From: the human T2T-CHM13v2.0 reference genome, Homo sapiens
DNA length: 64,000 nt
Reading direction: 5' to 3' (one strand)
Assembly (NCBI RefSeq): GCF_009914755.1
Contig: NC_060929.1
How positions within the stretch are numbered: the stretch's first letter is position 1; the number at the start of each line of letters is the position of its first letter. Shown here piece after piece: positions 41,505 to 55,320 of the stretch. The position numbers were made by a program, and so were the translations under genes. The notes under the pieces are model-generated. The model was not told the DNA's origin. It saw only the letters and a program-made list of their open reading frames with translations, and made no database searches.

Positions 41505-41690
41505 CCTGGGAGGGCCTGGGTTCAAATCCCTGCTGGGCCCCTCTCCCACAGCCTAATGTTGGGCAAGAAGAACCTCTCTCAACTCAGTGTCCTTGTTATA
41601 ACAACAGGCTTAGGATGCCTTGATCCCAGGGTGGCTGAGTTAAAACTGTAGGAAAAATCATTTAGGAAAAACCCTATAAATGTTTGTTAA
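41505..41690 (+). mobile_element. MIR fragment
   Basis: cctgggttcaaatccc...tgggcaag..aacctctct..ctcagtgtcct. Confidence 0.6.
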
Positions 41691-41747
41691 AACTGGATCT
41701 GAAATGAGTTAATCATCAGACCCCAGATAAAATCAGTTATTTGTGTG

Positions 41748-42086
41748 TGATATGGTTTGGCTGCGTCCCCACCCAAATCTTATCTTGAATTCCCACCTGT
41801 TGTGGGAGGGACCCAGTAGGAGGTAATTGAATCATGGGGGCAGGTCTTTCCCATGCTGTTCTCGTGATAGCAAATAAGTCTCATGAGATCTGTTGCTTTT
41901 AAAAAGGGGAGTTTCCCTGAACGAGTTCTCTTCTCTTGTCTGCCACCATGTGAGACGTGCCTTTTACCTTCTGCTTGTGAGGCCTCCCCAGCCATGTGGA
42001 ACTGTAAGTCCAATAAACCTCTTTCTTTTGTAAATTTCCCAGTCTTGGGTAGGTCTTTACCAGCAGCATGAAAATGGACTAATAAA
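41748..42086 (+). mobile_element. THE1A/B solo LTR
   Basis: tgatatggtttggctgcgtccccacccaaatct...gaggcctccccagccatgtggaactgtaagtcc...aaatggactaata. Perfect TSD gtgtg/gtgtg. Confidence 0.95.
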
Positions 42087-42147
42087 GTGTGTTATTTGGA
42101 ACTTCAGTGTTAAATAAATTCTGTCATCATCAAATCCCTTCGTGGGC

Positions 42148-42370
42148 TGAAGTTTCTTGACCTTGGCACTACTGACATTTGGGGCAGGATAATTCTTTGT
42201 TGGAGGGCTGTCATGTGCATTGTGGGGTGTTTAGCAGTATCGCTGGCCTCTACTCACAAGATGCCAGCAGCATCCCTCCATACGCCCCAGGTTATGACAA
42301 CCAAAATTGTACCCACATATTGACAATTTCCTTGGGGCAGGAGGAAAATCGCCCCAGGCAGGAGCCACTG
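42148..42370 (-). mobile_element. MER20
   Basis: ccttggcactactgacatttgggg..ggataattctttgttg..ctggcctctactcac..gacaaccaaaa..aaaatcgcccc..ccactg. Confidence 0.88.
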
Positions 42371-42574
42371 CTATGTATAATGGAATGCTAAGAGGAATAA
42401 CTACAGGAACTATTCTTTGCTGCCTATCTGCTGCATATTAAACATAGTGAGATAATAGTAGAATTAGAAAGTGTCCTTTTCCTGATGGTTAGTGATAACC
42501 GTTCCATAAAGCAAATAGCAAAACCACCCCTTGTTCCCATATCTAAAGTCAGATCTCAGCCTGCTCCAGGGACA

Positions 42575-43330
42575 CAAACACAAAGTGTGACTGGGAGGAC
42601 AAGGCTTATACTTGAAAATCATTGCAAGATTTTGCTTATTTATATCAGCAAAAAACCAAGAAACATGCATGAGGATCTAATGATGTTCGACTAAGGAGCA
42701 GGAAATGTAACACTGAGTTGGTCTTAACATTTTAATCATGGTGCATTGCTGAGAGATTCCAGATTTAATATGTTATTTTATGCAGATGGAAGTGGCTCTA
42801 ACACGTGACTGGTTGGCTGGCTGGCTGGCTGAAATTGGAACTCAATGGTGACCTGTTTTTAATGAGGCTGAGATGCCAGAACTTCCCTGGAATACTGTAG
42901 AAGATGAACCCAAAGGCTTAGGAAAATAGAAATATTGGACTACAACATACATGCACATATGCACACATACACACAAATACACACACATCACTACATTCAC
43001 AGAGAGCTCCCACAGACTCTTCCCGAGGCATGGAGAAGTGAGGAGACCCCCGCATCCTGAAGAGGTCTGTGCCAGCTGCTCTCTGTAGGCTGGTTATGGT
43101 GACGGATGGGGTCCTAGAATAGCAGAGGCCACATGGCAGCCCTTAACTAGAAGAGAGGGTGAGCATATTTACCATGGGGACAGCAAGGTTTCCAGGAATG
43201 TTTTAATCCGCAGGAACCTTTGGTGGATGCTAATTGCTCGGAGCATGCCTTGGAAGTAAATAGGCGGGCAGCTTCCTAAATTGTTCCTGGATCTATATAT
43301 CAAGGATGAATTTGCCTCTGCTGGTCAGAA
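42575..43330 (+). pseudogene. ERV-L internal gag relic
   Basis: Piecewise translation gives LQDFAYLYQQK, RDSRFN, NEAEMPELPWNTVE, QRLRKIEIL and QLPKLFLDLY, which resemble ERV-L gag. It is frameshifted and has a CA-rich insert. Confidence 0.72.
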
Positions 43331-43484
43331 TGGAGCGATGGCCCCTCGCCCTGTTTCCAGGCTCAGGACCTGCACCTTCCTGTGGGCCTGGCTCCTCCCA
43401 ACCTTCTCACCCCAGACTTCTTGCCTCCTGCTTTGTTCTGCTTTCCTCCATTGCACACACACGTCTCCACTGGAAACACCTTCT

Positions 43485-43700
43485 TCATTTCTTTAACAAA
43501 TGCCTTCTACACAGGAACCGTCTTGGCTTTGGGATACAAATGTGAACAAAACAAAAACCCCTGCCTCGTGGAGCGACAGCATGTTTTGCTGATTATTGCA
43601 GCATCTGGGATGTCATCTGTCTTGTTTGTTGCTATGGGCCCAGCACTAGAAAAGCACCTGGTATATAGTAGGTTCACATTAGATAGGCACTGAATGGATG
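43485..43700. mobile_element. Two short L2 3'-end fragments in opposite orientations
   Basis: ttcatttctttaacaaatg..gggataca..gtgaacaaaaca..cctgcctcgtggagc (-) and gcccagcactagaaaagcacctggtatatagtagg..tgaatggatg (+). Confidence 0.6.
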
Positions 43701-43882
43701 CCTGCACTGTCTGCTCGCCATTGAGTAAGACAGTCTGTGTCTCTTTCATGGTCTCTCTTTACTCAAATATCTGTGAGTCCCAGCATTGCTTCCTCAGTTG
43801 GATCACATCACAGAGCAAGCTTCAGCTATGGTGAGCATCTCTGTCAAGTCCATGGATGAAATGCAGAGACAACCCCCTCAGG

Positions 43883-44030
43883 GCAGGAGTCTCCAAACCA
43901 GGATGATGATCAGAATCACTTTGGGAAGCTTTGAAAAAGCACAGATCCCTGGGTATAGACCCCAGAATTTCTGACTTTCCAGGTCTGGGATGGGGTCTGA
44001 GTATCTGTAAAAGTGCCCAGGAATCTTTTG
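43883..44030. mobile_element. MER5A/B-type MITE fragment
   Basis: atcagaatcactttgggaagcttt..aaaagcacagat..ccccaga..ttctgac..aggtctgggatggggtctgag. Confidence 0.72.
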
Positions 44031-46584
44031 GTGCTCTGCTGTGGTGCGCCCCGTCTCTGCACCTCTAGTCCATCCTCACCCTTCTCCAGGCATATCTGTG
44101 GGCCCCTGGTTTTTTTCCCAGAAGCCGAGTCTGAGAAAGATCAAGAGTATGTGGGAAAGAGGAGAATGAAGGAGCGAATAGAATACGCCTCTTAAAATGT
44201 AGACACCCAATCTGAACATCTGCCCCTCATGCCAGCCAAGACAGCTCCTGAGCCATATTTTTTCATCCCTGATATGCGAAGAAAAAGCTACAAAGCAGGT
44301 TGCCTGTTATGCATACATGATGTGAAATGACACCTCAAGGTACAGCTTTCTGTTCTTCAGCAGCTGAGGTTATCACTGACATTTGCCTCTGATTCTCATA
44401 TCCACAGTTATGAAGATGGAATAAACCAGGGGTTCTGAGAGCTTTAAATGCTGGACAGTACTTCTGCTCCGAAAGCACAACTCTCCTCTGCATCAACTCC
44501 TAGCAAGCCCAATAAAATGGATTCTTGGATATACATTTTTTAGGAAGAGAGTAAGATGCAATGTTCTATTAGGAAAGGAAGCTCAGTTCCTTAAGGTCAT
44601 CTTCAACGCTGGAAATGATTCACATTTGGAACACTGACCTCCCGTGCTTTTTCTGAGGTGTGTTTCAACACCAACAGCAGGCTAAACCAAACATCTGAAA
44701 TGCAGTGAGAGCTGGATGGTTAGAAGGCTCTGGTTTCAGACCTGGACTAACTGGACACTGAAATCTGGGCTGGAGTACTTATTCCAGAAGCCGATGGAAA
44801 AACATCACGTTTTAAAAGTCAAATCCTTGACTCAGGATCATAACATCATCAGCATCGAGCAGGTCTCTGTTATCACCACAGTGATGAAGCCTGAGCTGCG
44901 CAGCCGCTAGGGTAAAGAGGGCTCTGTGCTCAGCTCTGTGAAGACAAGGAGGCAGATTCTCAAGAGCTTAGAGCTTTGCACAGCTGCAGAGTGGGCAGGG
45001 ATGAATGCAGGAGAGGGAGTGGGAAAGCAGCACAGACACGGTAAAAGGAAAAATAATTTAGGCTGATGGAACTCTCAGGTTTCCGACACTCAAACTGCCA
45101 TGTGAAAAGCAAGTGGTAAGAATTCATATATGATATCAGCAATAAAATAACATCCTGTTGTACAACAAAATACACTGAAAGACAACCTTTAGTCTTTTAT
45201 AACGACAAGCAGATCTCATAAGTAAATGAAAAGCTAGTCCATTACTCTTTTTATTCCTTAAAACAAAATAAAAAAAGAAAAGCTTTCAGTGACATGATGA
45301 AATTACTATCACAACACTCTTGACAATCTCCAAATAGGGAAGGTGTGTTTCTACGCTGAAACAGGAGAAATTGTGCTTGAGGAATCCAATAAGTACAAAG
45401 TGACTCAAAGCTCTATCACAGCTGTCAATAAAGAATGAACAGACAAAATTCTTCACAGGCTTAACATGAGAGGCATTGAGCGTTTTGCAAGGCTGAACAA
45501 CAGACGGGTAGTTTTTGCATGTGCAGTGCTGTCAGAAGTTGTAAAAGTAAACACACGTCTTTTTTTTTTTAAGGTAGTCCATTACAGGTAATTACATATT
45601 TAAAGTATAGTCATTTTTCCTGCCTTCCATATTTAACTATTCTTATCTCAGTCATTTTAATACAGAATACTTAATGTAATCGATTTTTATATTTCTAGGG
45701 GAAAGGAAACTTCTAGCCCCTTTGCAGGCCAAACCCAATTTGGCTTACCATTCTAGACTTTCGTCCTCCCAGAAGGATTCTGAATCCAACTCTTTAGGAA
45801 AATGACTTTGAATGGGTTGTGATTACAAGCAAATGAGATGAAAAGAGTCAACGTTTTGGACTCTTGCTCTCCTTGCTACCTTGTATTTCAGCTGCATAAA
45901 GTTCCCTGGTGAGATTTTGCCACCTATGTCATTGATTACATCAATGTGAGCTGCAGGAAGGGTGAGCTAAACTGAGGACTGTCTGCACAAGTGAGATATT
46001 CCTCACTCTTCTTCAATTTACCACGAAAACAGGGTAGCTCTGAGCCTCAAAAAAGTGTAGCTCAGACTTCTGGGATTCACATTAACTCATCCAACCATCG
46101 AGTTTACATCTCCTGTTCAATCTCTTTCAGAGTTCTTTATCTGAATGAATGGCACCAATATTCATCTTGTTTTTTATCCTTCCCATCTTTCTCCTCTACC
46201 ATCCATTTTTAGTTATTCATATCTTATTATCTTTTGGTGGTGACTATAAAGATTAGGGCATGCACTCTTCTTGACTATTTAAACTCTAACATGAATTAAG
46301 ATTTTTACCACTATCTTAATGTTACATTAACTCCATTTATTCCCTTATGTTTTTTGAATTGTTGTCATGCATTTTAATTCTATATATTCCTATATATTTT
46401 AGATCCCAAGGCTTTATCATTTTGTACAGTCAATGTTCATTTATATTTATCACTTATGTTGCTCTTCATTTCTTACTGTATTTCTGTGTTTCTGATAGGA
46501 TTACTTTTATTTTCCCTGAAGAACTCCATTAGAATATTTTTAGTGAAGGTGTGCTAGTAACAAACTCTTTCAGTTTTTATCTAA

Positions 46585-46776
<192 letters not shown>

Positions 46777-47392
46777 TAAAAGACATATTCACAAAGCACA
46801 TAAATCTAGGTTGGTCTTTCAGCACTTTAAAGCTTTTATTCTACTGTGATCTAACTTCCATCATATTCATTTAGAAGTCAGCTGTCTGTCTTATATTTCT
46901 ACCTTGAGAGCATGTGTCCTATTTTTCTCTCTGGATGCTTTCAAGGGTTATCTCTTTGTCATTTGTTTTTGCAAGCTTACTTTGAATTTATCCATATTGA
47001 GAATCACAGTGCTTCTTGAATATGGTGCTGAATGTCTTTAATCTGTCATTTTTCTCTTGAAATATTACATATTCCCTTTCATCTTCTCCTTCTAGGAAAA
47101 AATTATACATTTATTGGTGCCTTTCGCCATATTTCACATGTTTCTTTACTTACATACATTCAGCATTCCACTTTTTGCCTTGCTGTAGTTCAGCCTGGAT
47201 ATTTTCTACTTTCTTAGTTTGTTTACAAATTCTCTATTCTGATGTACTGAATTTGCTATTAAACTCATATCATGAGTTGTAATATAATTTATTAAATTTT
47301 TTAGTTTTAGAGATTCCATTTAACTCTGTTTTATAAATTTCAGTTCCTAAGGACATTCTCCACTCTGTTATTCTATTTTCTTGACCAAAACA

Positions 47393-47849
47393 TGATGGGA
47401 AATGCAATCTCTCTGGGATCCTTAGCATCCCTTTCTGTTCTTGCTGGTGGTGCCAACAATAAAAGGCTGTGGCCAGTCTACCTGGGCCATTTTCCAAGAC
47501 TGTGTTTGTAGTCAGTAATTTTGAGGAATAATGTAATGTCTCCCTCCAGAACAGAGAGCAAGCTTTCTTAGTGTTTGCTATAAAAGCATGGGATTCTCTA
47601 AACTTGATGTTCTCCAGCTGTGATGCAAACCCACTGCATGTGTAGCATTCATCTGAGCTATATAGCATTGCCCCTGTGGAATTTGGAGGCCAGGAGGCAA
47701 TGTGAATATGCTTACATCCATCATGTGCTCGCTGAGCCATAAGTAATACAGTTCTTTCTTTGACCTAGAAGTCTCATGTTCTCTTCCAGCATTTGTAAAG
47801 CAGTAACAGATTAACTTATCTGTAAGTAAGGTGAGGTCAAATTCCCGAC
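47393..47849 (+). mobile_element. LTR40-family ERVL solo LTR
   Basis: tgtctccctccagaacagagagc..tataaaag..gcaaacccactgcatgtg..ccctgtggaatttgg..tgacctagaagtctcatg..ccagcat. Confidence 0.72.
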
Positions 47850-48012
47850 CAGGAAACCAAGCACAATTATTTTAATGTATGTGTGTAAAAACCTTCATCA
47901 CTTGTAGATCTGTGTCTGTCTCTACTGTCCTTTGTTTTTTCTTAGTCCTGTTTTTTGGTGTGTCTCATAATTTTTTATTGAAAGTCAGACATTATCTATT
48001 AAAAAATAGTAA

Positions 48013-48435
<423 letters not shown>

Positions 48436-49129
48436 TGATTTGTGGCAAAGTTGCAGTTTTTACAAGTTTCTATCTCTGGCTTATCTCTACTCCTAGAGTC
48501 TAGTTTTCCATGGGTCCTAATTGGAAGCCTGAAACCTTTACTGTTTACTAGGGCCTCTCCTGCTTGGTAAGTCTTGACCTCTAATTATTGGGTCATAACT
48601 GCCTTGCGATGGCCAAAATCTCTTCTGTACTTTTGATAGCTTTCTACTCAGCTTCTTAGTCTCTTGCCCATACAATCTAACAATTGGACAAATAGCTTGA
48701 GGAAGAAAACCATGAATTTGGGCTTATTTCCATATGCCATGCTCATTTATAAGAATCTAGCATCTCTGTTCTGCCCATCTTGGACACTTCAAATTACAAA
48801 TTTTTGCTATCCAACCCCAGGCTAAAAGTTCAGCTGGCTTCTCTGCCTTTTATGCAGGACTCTTTTCCTGTCTTTTTTAACCTCTCACTTACTGTAAATT
48901 CTCTGAGGGAAGAAGTAGCTCACAGAATGTTGGCTCACCTCTCTATAATTCTTTTCCCTCTGGATTATTTGTGATTGAAGTTTTTGTTGCTTCAGCAGTT
49001 CTTCCATGTCTTTAATCTGACTTTTAAATAAATATTTACTCTGTCTTTTCTCATTTTGTGGAAAAGTCTTTGGTCTTCCACAACCCAAAGTACCATTTCT
49101 GACATGCCCTTATCCTTTATAACCAGTAC

Positions 49130-50465
49130 TTCCTAAATGTTTCTCACATCATTCCACTTTTCTCCATCTCCTCCACCATTACCATTTCACTTCTTACCTA
49201 CAGTATAGAATATCTTGCAACTAATCTATCTTCAGCCACGATTTTCACTTTTAATCTGTTCTCTATAACCAACTATAGTGATATTACAACAAAAAAGTAT
49301 TAGTTTCATATTTCTGTATAGCAAGGTGCCACACATTTAACCGTTTAAAACCAAACAAGTTTACTATTTCACAGTTTCCATCCATCCAGAGATGAAGGGT
49401 AAACCACGAAAAATATAAAGCATTTTCAGGCTATAGACTTAATAAAGAATGGTAGCCTCAAAATTCCTCTGTTTCTGAAGTGAGGAGATGGCTGGGTACC
49501 AGAATATGACCCCAGTAGCACAGGAATCCAAGCACAGTTTAGTTAAGTTCTCTGTTCAGAGTATCACTGGTCTTCAACATAGTTGCAAGCTGGGCTACAT
49601 TCTCAACTGAAGGCTTCACTGTGGAAGAATCCTTTTCCAAACTCATTCAGGCTTTGCAGATAGACAAAAAGCTAGAGCCTTTTGTTGGCTGTCTGCTAGA
49701 AGCTGCCCTCATATTCTAGAGGTTTCACTCAGTTCCTTGCCATGTGAACTTCCTCAACATGCCTGCCCTCTTCATCAAGCTAGCAAGGATAATTTCTTGC
49801 TCTAGTATATTAAGACAGAATCCTACATAATGTAGTATTATCATTGGGAATGACATCTCATCATCTTTGCGTATTCTACTGGTGAGAAGGAAGTCACAGG
49901 TTCTACCCACACTCAAGGAAAGGGAAGTATGAAGGATATAAACCAGGAGGGCTGAGATCATGGAGACAATCTTAGAATTCTGCCATTTTTCTATTATATT
50001 AGCCTCTTCCCAGATTAAAACCCTTCCATGGCTTCCCATTGCTAATAGGAAAAAAATTTTAATGACTTATAAATTCCTGAATGATCTAAACCCTAACTCT
50101 CTATCTTCATCTCATGCTATGCCCTCCCTTATTACTTGTATTCCAGTCACATTTTTCAGTTCTTTATATTTGCCCTATTCTTTCTTACCACAGGGCCTTC
50201 TACATTAATTCTTACCTAGGTCATGCCTGTTCATTCTTTAAGTTTCAATTTAAGCGTGATTTCCTATGTAAGTCTTCCCTGACATATTTAAACAGGATAA
50301 ACCTCATTATATAGCCTCAAATACATCTTGTTTGTAATTTCATATAGTGCATTCACTTATTTACGTGATTATTTGGTTTCAGCACATCTCCCCTCCTAGA
50401 CTATAAGCTCCATAAAATCAGATGCTTTCTCTGAGTTTGGCTCCATTGTATCCTAATTAGCTATG
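49130..50465 (+). mobile_element. L2 3' region split by MLT1F
   Basis: ccacttttctccatctcc, aaaacccttccatggcttcccattgc, cacagggccttc, ctagactataagctccat. Confidence 0.7.
49297..49985 (-). mobile_element. MLT1F-family LTR containing a ~130-bp insert
   Basis: gtattagttt...tcacagtttc | caggaatccaagcacag...ggaagaatcc..cagttccttgccatgtg...aagtcacaggttctacccacactcaagg..tcttagaattctgcc. Confidence 0.78.
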
Positions 50466-50795
50466 AACTCTATATTCTGCTTGGAAGCTTTCAGCATTTT
50501 TTTAGGCCTTTTGTAATAGATGAACTTTTCTACAAAAAAAGTAAGCTAATCAAAGAGCTTTCTAAATCATCTGATTCTATAAACCAGAGCCAGGATGAAA
50601 GAGAGTCTGAGAATGACCGTGGCCCTTGCCAGGTGAATTTTCCCAAAGCTGAGGTCTGACCATGATATTTACATGATCAATGTCTTCAATAGTGTCAATT
50701 GTCATCAAAAATTTTTTACACTCCTTATTGGACATAAAAGGCCCTCTGTGACCTGGACCAAACTAATGTTTCCAAACCTATTTCCTATTACATCC

Positions 50796-51060
50796 TGCTA
50801 TGGACTGAATATTTGTGTCCCTCCAAAATTCCTACATTGAAGCCCTAATGCCCAATGTGATGGTATTTGGAGGTGGAATCTTTGAGTGGTAATTAGGTTT
50901 AGGTGATGTCATGGGAGTGGAGCCCTCATGATGGGTTTAGTGCCCTTATAAGAAGAGGAAGAAAGAGATCTTTCTCTCCCTCCACCCCACATGCACCAAG
51001 GAAAGGCCATGTGAGCACACAGTGAGAAGGTGGCTGTCAGCAAGCTGGAAGCAGATCTTC
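50796..51060 (+). mobile_element. MLT1A LTR, 3'-truncated
   Basis: tgctatggactgaatatttgtgtccc...gagccctcatgatggg..gtgcccttataagaagag..ggccatgtgagcacacag. Confidence 0.88.
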
Positions 51061-53219
51061 GTGGGTATTATTGGTATATTTGCCTGACAGATTAACATGT
51101 GTTATTAAATTTAAAAACTAGTCTGTTCTGCTTTATCTCCCCCGTAGAATCTAGATATGTTGCATGCAGTAAACATTTAATGATATTTGCTGGATAAATT
51201 TGTTGCAAGTGAAAGTAGTTTCTGGGCAAGCTCCAGATTCAAGGCAGAAAAAAAAATGTTAGTGCTCTTCAGGGATAAGGCAGTCATTCAATGTGTCTTA
51301 GTTGTCAAGTGTGAAAAAGATTCAAGGTGCCAAGTATGGTGCATTAATTCAAATGAAATTGGGCCCCAAGTACTTCAGAAATATGACAGACAAGCTAGAT
51401 ATCATATCAGGAAAGCAAAGAATAAAGGAAGGAGAATAAAGGCTGAAGCCGTAATACAATGAGTCTATTTGCAAATTGAGCCTAAATTAAGGACCAAGTA
51501 AGAGATGAAGTGAGAAAATGTCTGCAAAGTGTCCGCCAAATGCAATGGATTATTAGAGTAATTCTTTTTAATTTGGTTTACTGGTGGACATAACGATTAT
51601 TGATAATGTAGTCAAGAATATCTTGTGAAATAAAGATGCACATTCTAGGGTAACAGTCCAAAACAGAAACAAAAATAACACCAACCAAACAAAAATAAGA
51701 GAGGCAATGTCAAATGCCAAATAAAATGTAAAGGAATAAATGAAAACATATTATTCATATATTAGCATGAGCTTGAAGGTAATGTTTCACTCTGAGACCA
51801 ATTACTACAAGGAAGGAGATAGAAAACTGGGGCAATAAACTATTTTTTAATAGTAGAAAAAGGTGTGTAACACAAATATAATTAGATGAGATTTATATAA
51901 ACCAAGAAAGCTATTTCCGATGAAGGGCTAGAAAACAAAGAAGGTCTTTGAATGAAGAAATGGATACTTCAACAAAGAAGTAACAAGCAGTATGCAAAAG
52001 TTTACAAAGTCCTGAAACTTTAAGCACCACTGACTAATTACTGCATATTGTTTCCACCCATAGGGACTATGTCTTTCTGAGCAAGAGAAAAGTTTTTGGA
52101 GGGCGACGACAATGTTTCATCCATTCTGGTCTCCTCATAGTCTGGGACAATGTTCTACACACTGGACAATGTGTCCAGTGAGCCCCAGGTCATGTTGTCT
52201 GTGTCTCCCGGACACGCTATTTCTATGCATTTGTCTTAGAACACACTTCTCCTCTCTTTTGGAATAAGTTAAAACAGACAGAACAGAGACCATTTGAAAT
52301 AACATTCCTACATCTTTCCATCAGTGCATGCACATCTCCTATTAAAAATATTCAACACTCACCTTCTCTGAATGTACTTTACTCTTATGAGAACTGCATT
52401 TAGGTGAAAATATCTGCTCATGTCTAAACCAATCCCCAAACACACACACATTGCACACACACACACAAACTAAGACAAACAAACAAAAATGAACTCTACT
52501 TGTAAAACCTGAAATTTCTTGAAGGCTCAGAAGTTCAAAATAACAATATTTCAATATGTGCCCCTAAGTTGACCAATTGAAAACAAAACCAAGCCCACAC
52601 TTTTCTAACTCACTAACCCTTTTTATGCTTCCAACTTATTTCAATTGTCTCCTTACACTTTCTTTTGAAATCTGCTTTTCTTTCAGGTGTAACCATGGGC
52701 AGCCTCAAAGTTGCAGTCTCAGGCCATCTGCCTTAGCTGTTCAATGTCTCAGTTACCTCATTAACTCCCATGATCTCATTACGAACTGTGAAAATGATTC
52801 CCAAAGCTACAGCCCAGCTCTGACAGCTCACCCTCTAGCAAGTCCCATATAGGCAGACACTTACAGGAAAACTTCATAGATGACCCTAAAACTCACAAAA
52901 CCTTACACGCTGAAATCCAAGTTGATCTTCCTCTCAACAACCTTCTCAAATTGTCCATTGTTACAAACAGCCTTATCATATTCATATCATATTCAGGTTT
53001 TGACCATAAGAAAATGTTTGTACTTCTTCTCTTTTGTCCTATGCCTGATCTTACATAACATGGTAAAGGGGTCTATTTTAGATCCTTTTTTAAAAAAGTT
53101 CTTTGGGTTTCCCCCTTTTGATTTTTATAAAATTATACCCTCAATACCTAACTTCTAGATCCCTGAAACAATACACAAATTGGTTTCCTTGGCCCTGGGT
53201 TCTCTAGCTCTAGACCATC

Positions 53220-53647
53220 TGTCTTAAGTCAGTTTCACTAAATGCAGAACCTGAGATAGGATTTCTTGTTCATGTGATCAATTGAGGGAGTGCTCTTAGA
53301 AGAAGAGAGTGAAGGCAGCAGGATGCAGCTAGAGCAAAATACTAACAAAAATATACTCTCACCAGGGACTGGCTTGAGCCAATGTCACATGGAAGCTTTG
53401 GAGCATCAACGACAAGCCAGCTGGAGTTGGTGCCACCTTGAGACAAAGTGACCAGTCATTTGTAAGCCTTTGACGGTCGGTATGCCTGATGGTTGAGTTG
53501 TTTCGCCTCCTAGAAGGTTCCATTAGCCAAGGGCAACTCTCCAGAGACAGGACAGCTGTGGGCCATAGCCACACTAAGAGTAGCTGGGGCCTGGGTGCAC
53601 CAGTAGTGGAGGTCATCTGGGCAGGGCACCAACTACTTCCCCAACAC
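53220..53647 (-). mobile_element. LTR33 (ERVL) LTR
   Basis: tgtcttaagtcag..gcagaacctgaga..ttgagggagtgctc...agccaagggcaactctccagaga..atctgggcagggcaccaac. Confidence 0.72.
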
Positions 53648-53840
53648 CAGTGGTTCTCAAAGTGTGGTCCCCGGACCAGTGAAGTAGCATCATCCAGAAA
53701 CTTGTCAGACACGCAAATTCCTGGGCTCTACCTCAGACTTACTGAATCAGAAACTCTGGAGTGGGACTGGATCCCAACAATTTGTGTTTGAACACTCCCT
53801 CCAGGTGATTCTGATGCACACTAAGGCTTGAGAAACATGG
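53648..53840 (+). mobile_element. MER5A hAT MITE
   Basis: cagtggttctcaaagtgtggtccccggacc...ctgaatcagaaactctgg...ccaggtgattctgatgcac..ttgagaaac. Degenerate 8-bp TSD cccaacac/cactacac. Confidence 0.93.
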
Positions 53841-54044
53841 CACTACACCATCCAACACAGAACTCATGAATACTTCTTAAGTCCCAAATTAGTATTCACT
53901 GATCAAGAACCTGAAGTAACTCTTATCATTGCTTCTGTCAGCAATAAATTCCGCAGGTTTACAATAAATGCCTTCCATCAAATTAGATGCCTTCTATTCC
54001 TCCAAAGACCCATCTCAGCAACGCTTCTTTCTTTGTAACTCTTC

Positions 54045-54205
54045 ATCATCATGGAATCACAGGATATTGGAAGAGAACTTGAAGGTTAATTAATCTAGCT
54101 CCCTCCTTTTTGCAAATGAAACAATGGAGGCATCCAAATTGTAAGCATCTTAACCAAGATTATGCAATGGGAACTCGGGTCTCCTTATGTCAAGTTTAAT
54201 GCTTG
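54045..54205 (-). mobile_element. MIR/MIR3 fragment
   Basis: ggaagagaacttgaagg..atctagctcc..tttgcaaatgaaacaatggaggc..gaactcgggtctcc. Confidence 0.55.
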
Positions 54206-54236
54206 TTGTTATACATTATGCCGATTTTACTCCAAA

Positions 54237-54560
54237 TTAAGGGTATGAAGTTTCAGGTTTGACACGATGAATAAGCTCTGGACATCTATTGTACAGCAGA
54301 ATGACTACAGTTAATAATAATGTATTACATACATGAAAATCACTAAGAGAGTAGATTTTAAATGTTCTCACCACAAAAAAAATAATGTGGAAGATGATAC
54401 CATGTTAATTAGCTTAATTTAATCATTTTCCAATGTCTACATATATGAAAACAGCACATGGTACACTGTAAATTTATACAATTTTTATTTGTCAATTATA
54501 TATATATGTTAATAAAGTTGGGGAGATATTTTTAAAATTAAAATAAATTTAAGAAAAGAA
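54237..54560 (+). mobile_element. L1MA8/9-like 3' end
   Basis: gatgaataagctctggacatcta..aagagagtagattttaaatgttctcaccac..atacaatttttatttgtcaatt..aataaag. Confidence 0.88.
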
Positions 54561-54709
54561 AATTCATTACAACATAGTCACAGCTAGGTCAGCTCTACCT
54601 CTTTAAATTGGTGTTTGTGTTTTTGCCTGCAACTAATATACCTGCTTAACCGTTTTTTAAGTCTGTTTCCATTACTTCCTTCAGGAAACCGTCCATGACA
54701 GGCATGGTT

Positions 54710-55110
54710 TATGATGTTCCTATTTGTCAGGTATCTACCATCCCCTTGACACTTCCATGAGAAGAATACGTTTCCTTGCCAATCAATGTTGGTCTTGGAA
54801 GGCGAGACCAGAGGAATGTGAGGAGCTGGGAGGAACCCTGAGTGCACATGGGGCAAAAGCACAGCATTTGGCTGGGACCCAACCCTCCTTCTCTCCATTG
54901 TGAAAACAAGTCCCAGATGGAGATGTTCCTGGGATCCGAACTGAAAAGACACATGGATCAGAATTAAACCTGACCCCAGCTTAGAGTCAAGCAAGTCTAA
55001 CCCAGTGGGGCCACCCCTGGTCCACAGACCCAGGTTGAGATATGAATATTTAACCACCATTCTGTATCATTTGTTAAACAGCACTGCCACAACAACACAT
55101 GTTCACACAC
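54710..55110 (+). mobile_element. Old MLT1 (H/I-like) LTR
   Basis: gaatacgtttccttgcc..gaggaatgtgag..gtcccagatggag..aagacacatgga..atttgttaaacagca. Confidence 0.5.
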
Positions 55111-55119
55111 ACAGTTCAA

Positions 55120-55320
55120 ATGCTGGAGACCAAGCATGTTTCCATGCATTGGAAATACATGAACTCACTTAATTAACAACCCTATGAAGTAGGCGCTATT
55201 ATTAAGTCAATTTTACAAATGAATACCCTAAAGCAAGAGAAGTGATGTAATCTGCCCAATGCTGCATGGCTGTGATACAACTAGACCACCCAGCTCTGAA
55301 GGTCATGCTGTCCTCCACTC
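55120..55320 (-). mobile_element. MIR
   Basis: aacaaccctatgaagtaggcgctattatt..attttacaaatga..gagaagtgatgtaatctgccca. Confidence 0.75.
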
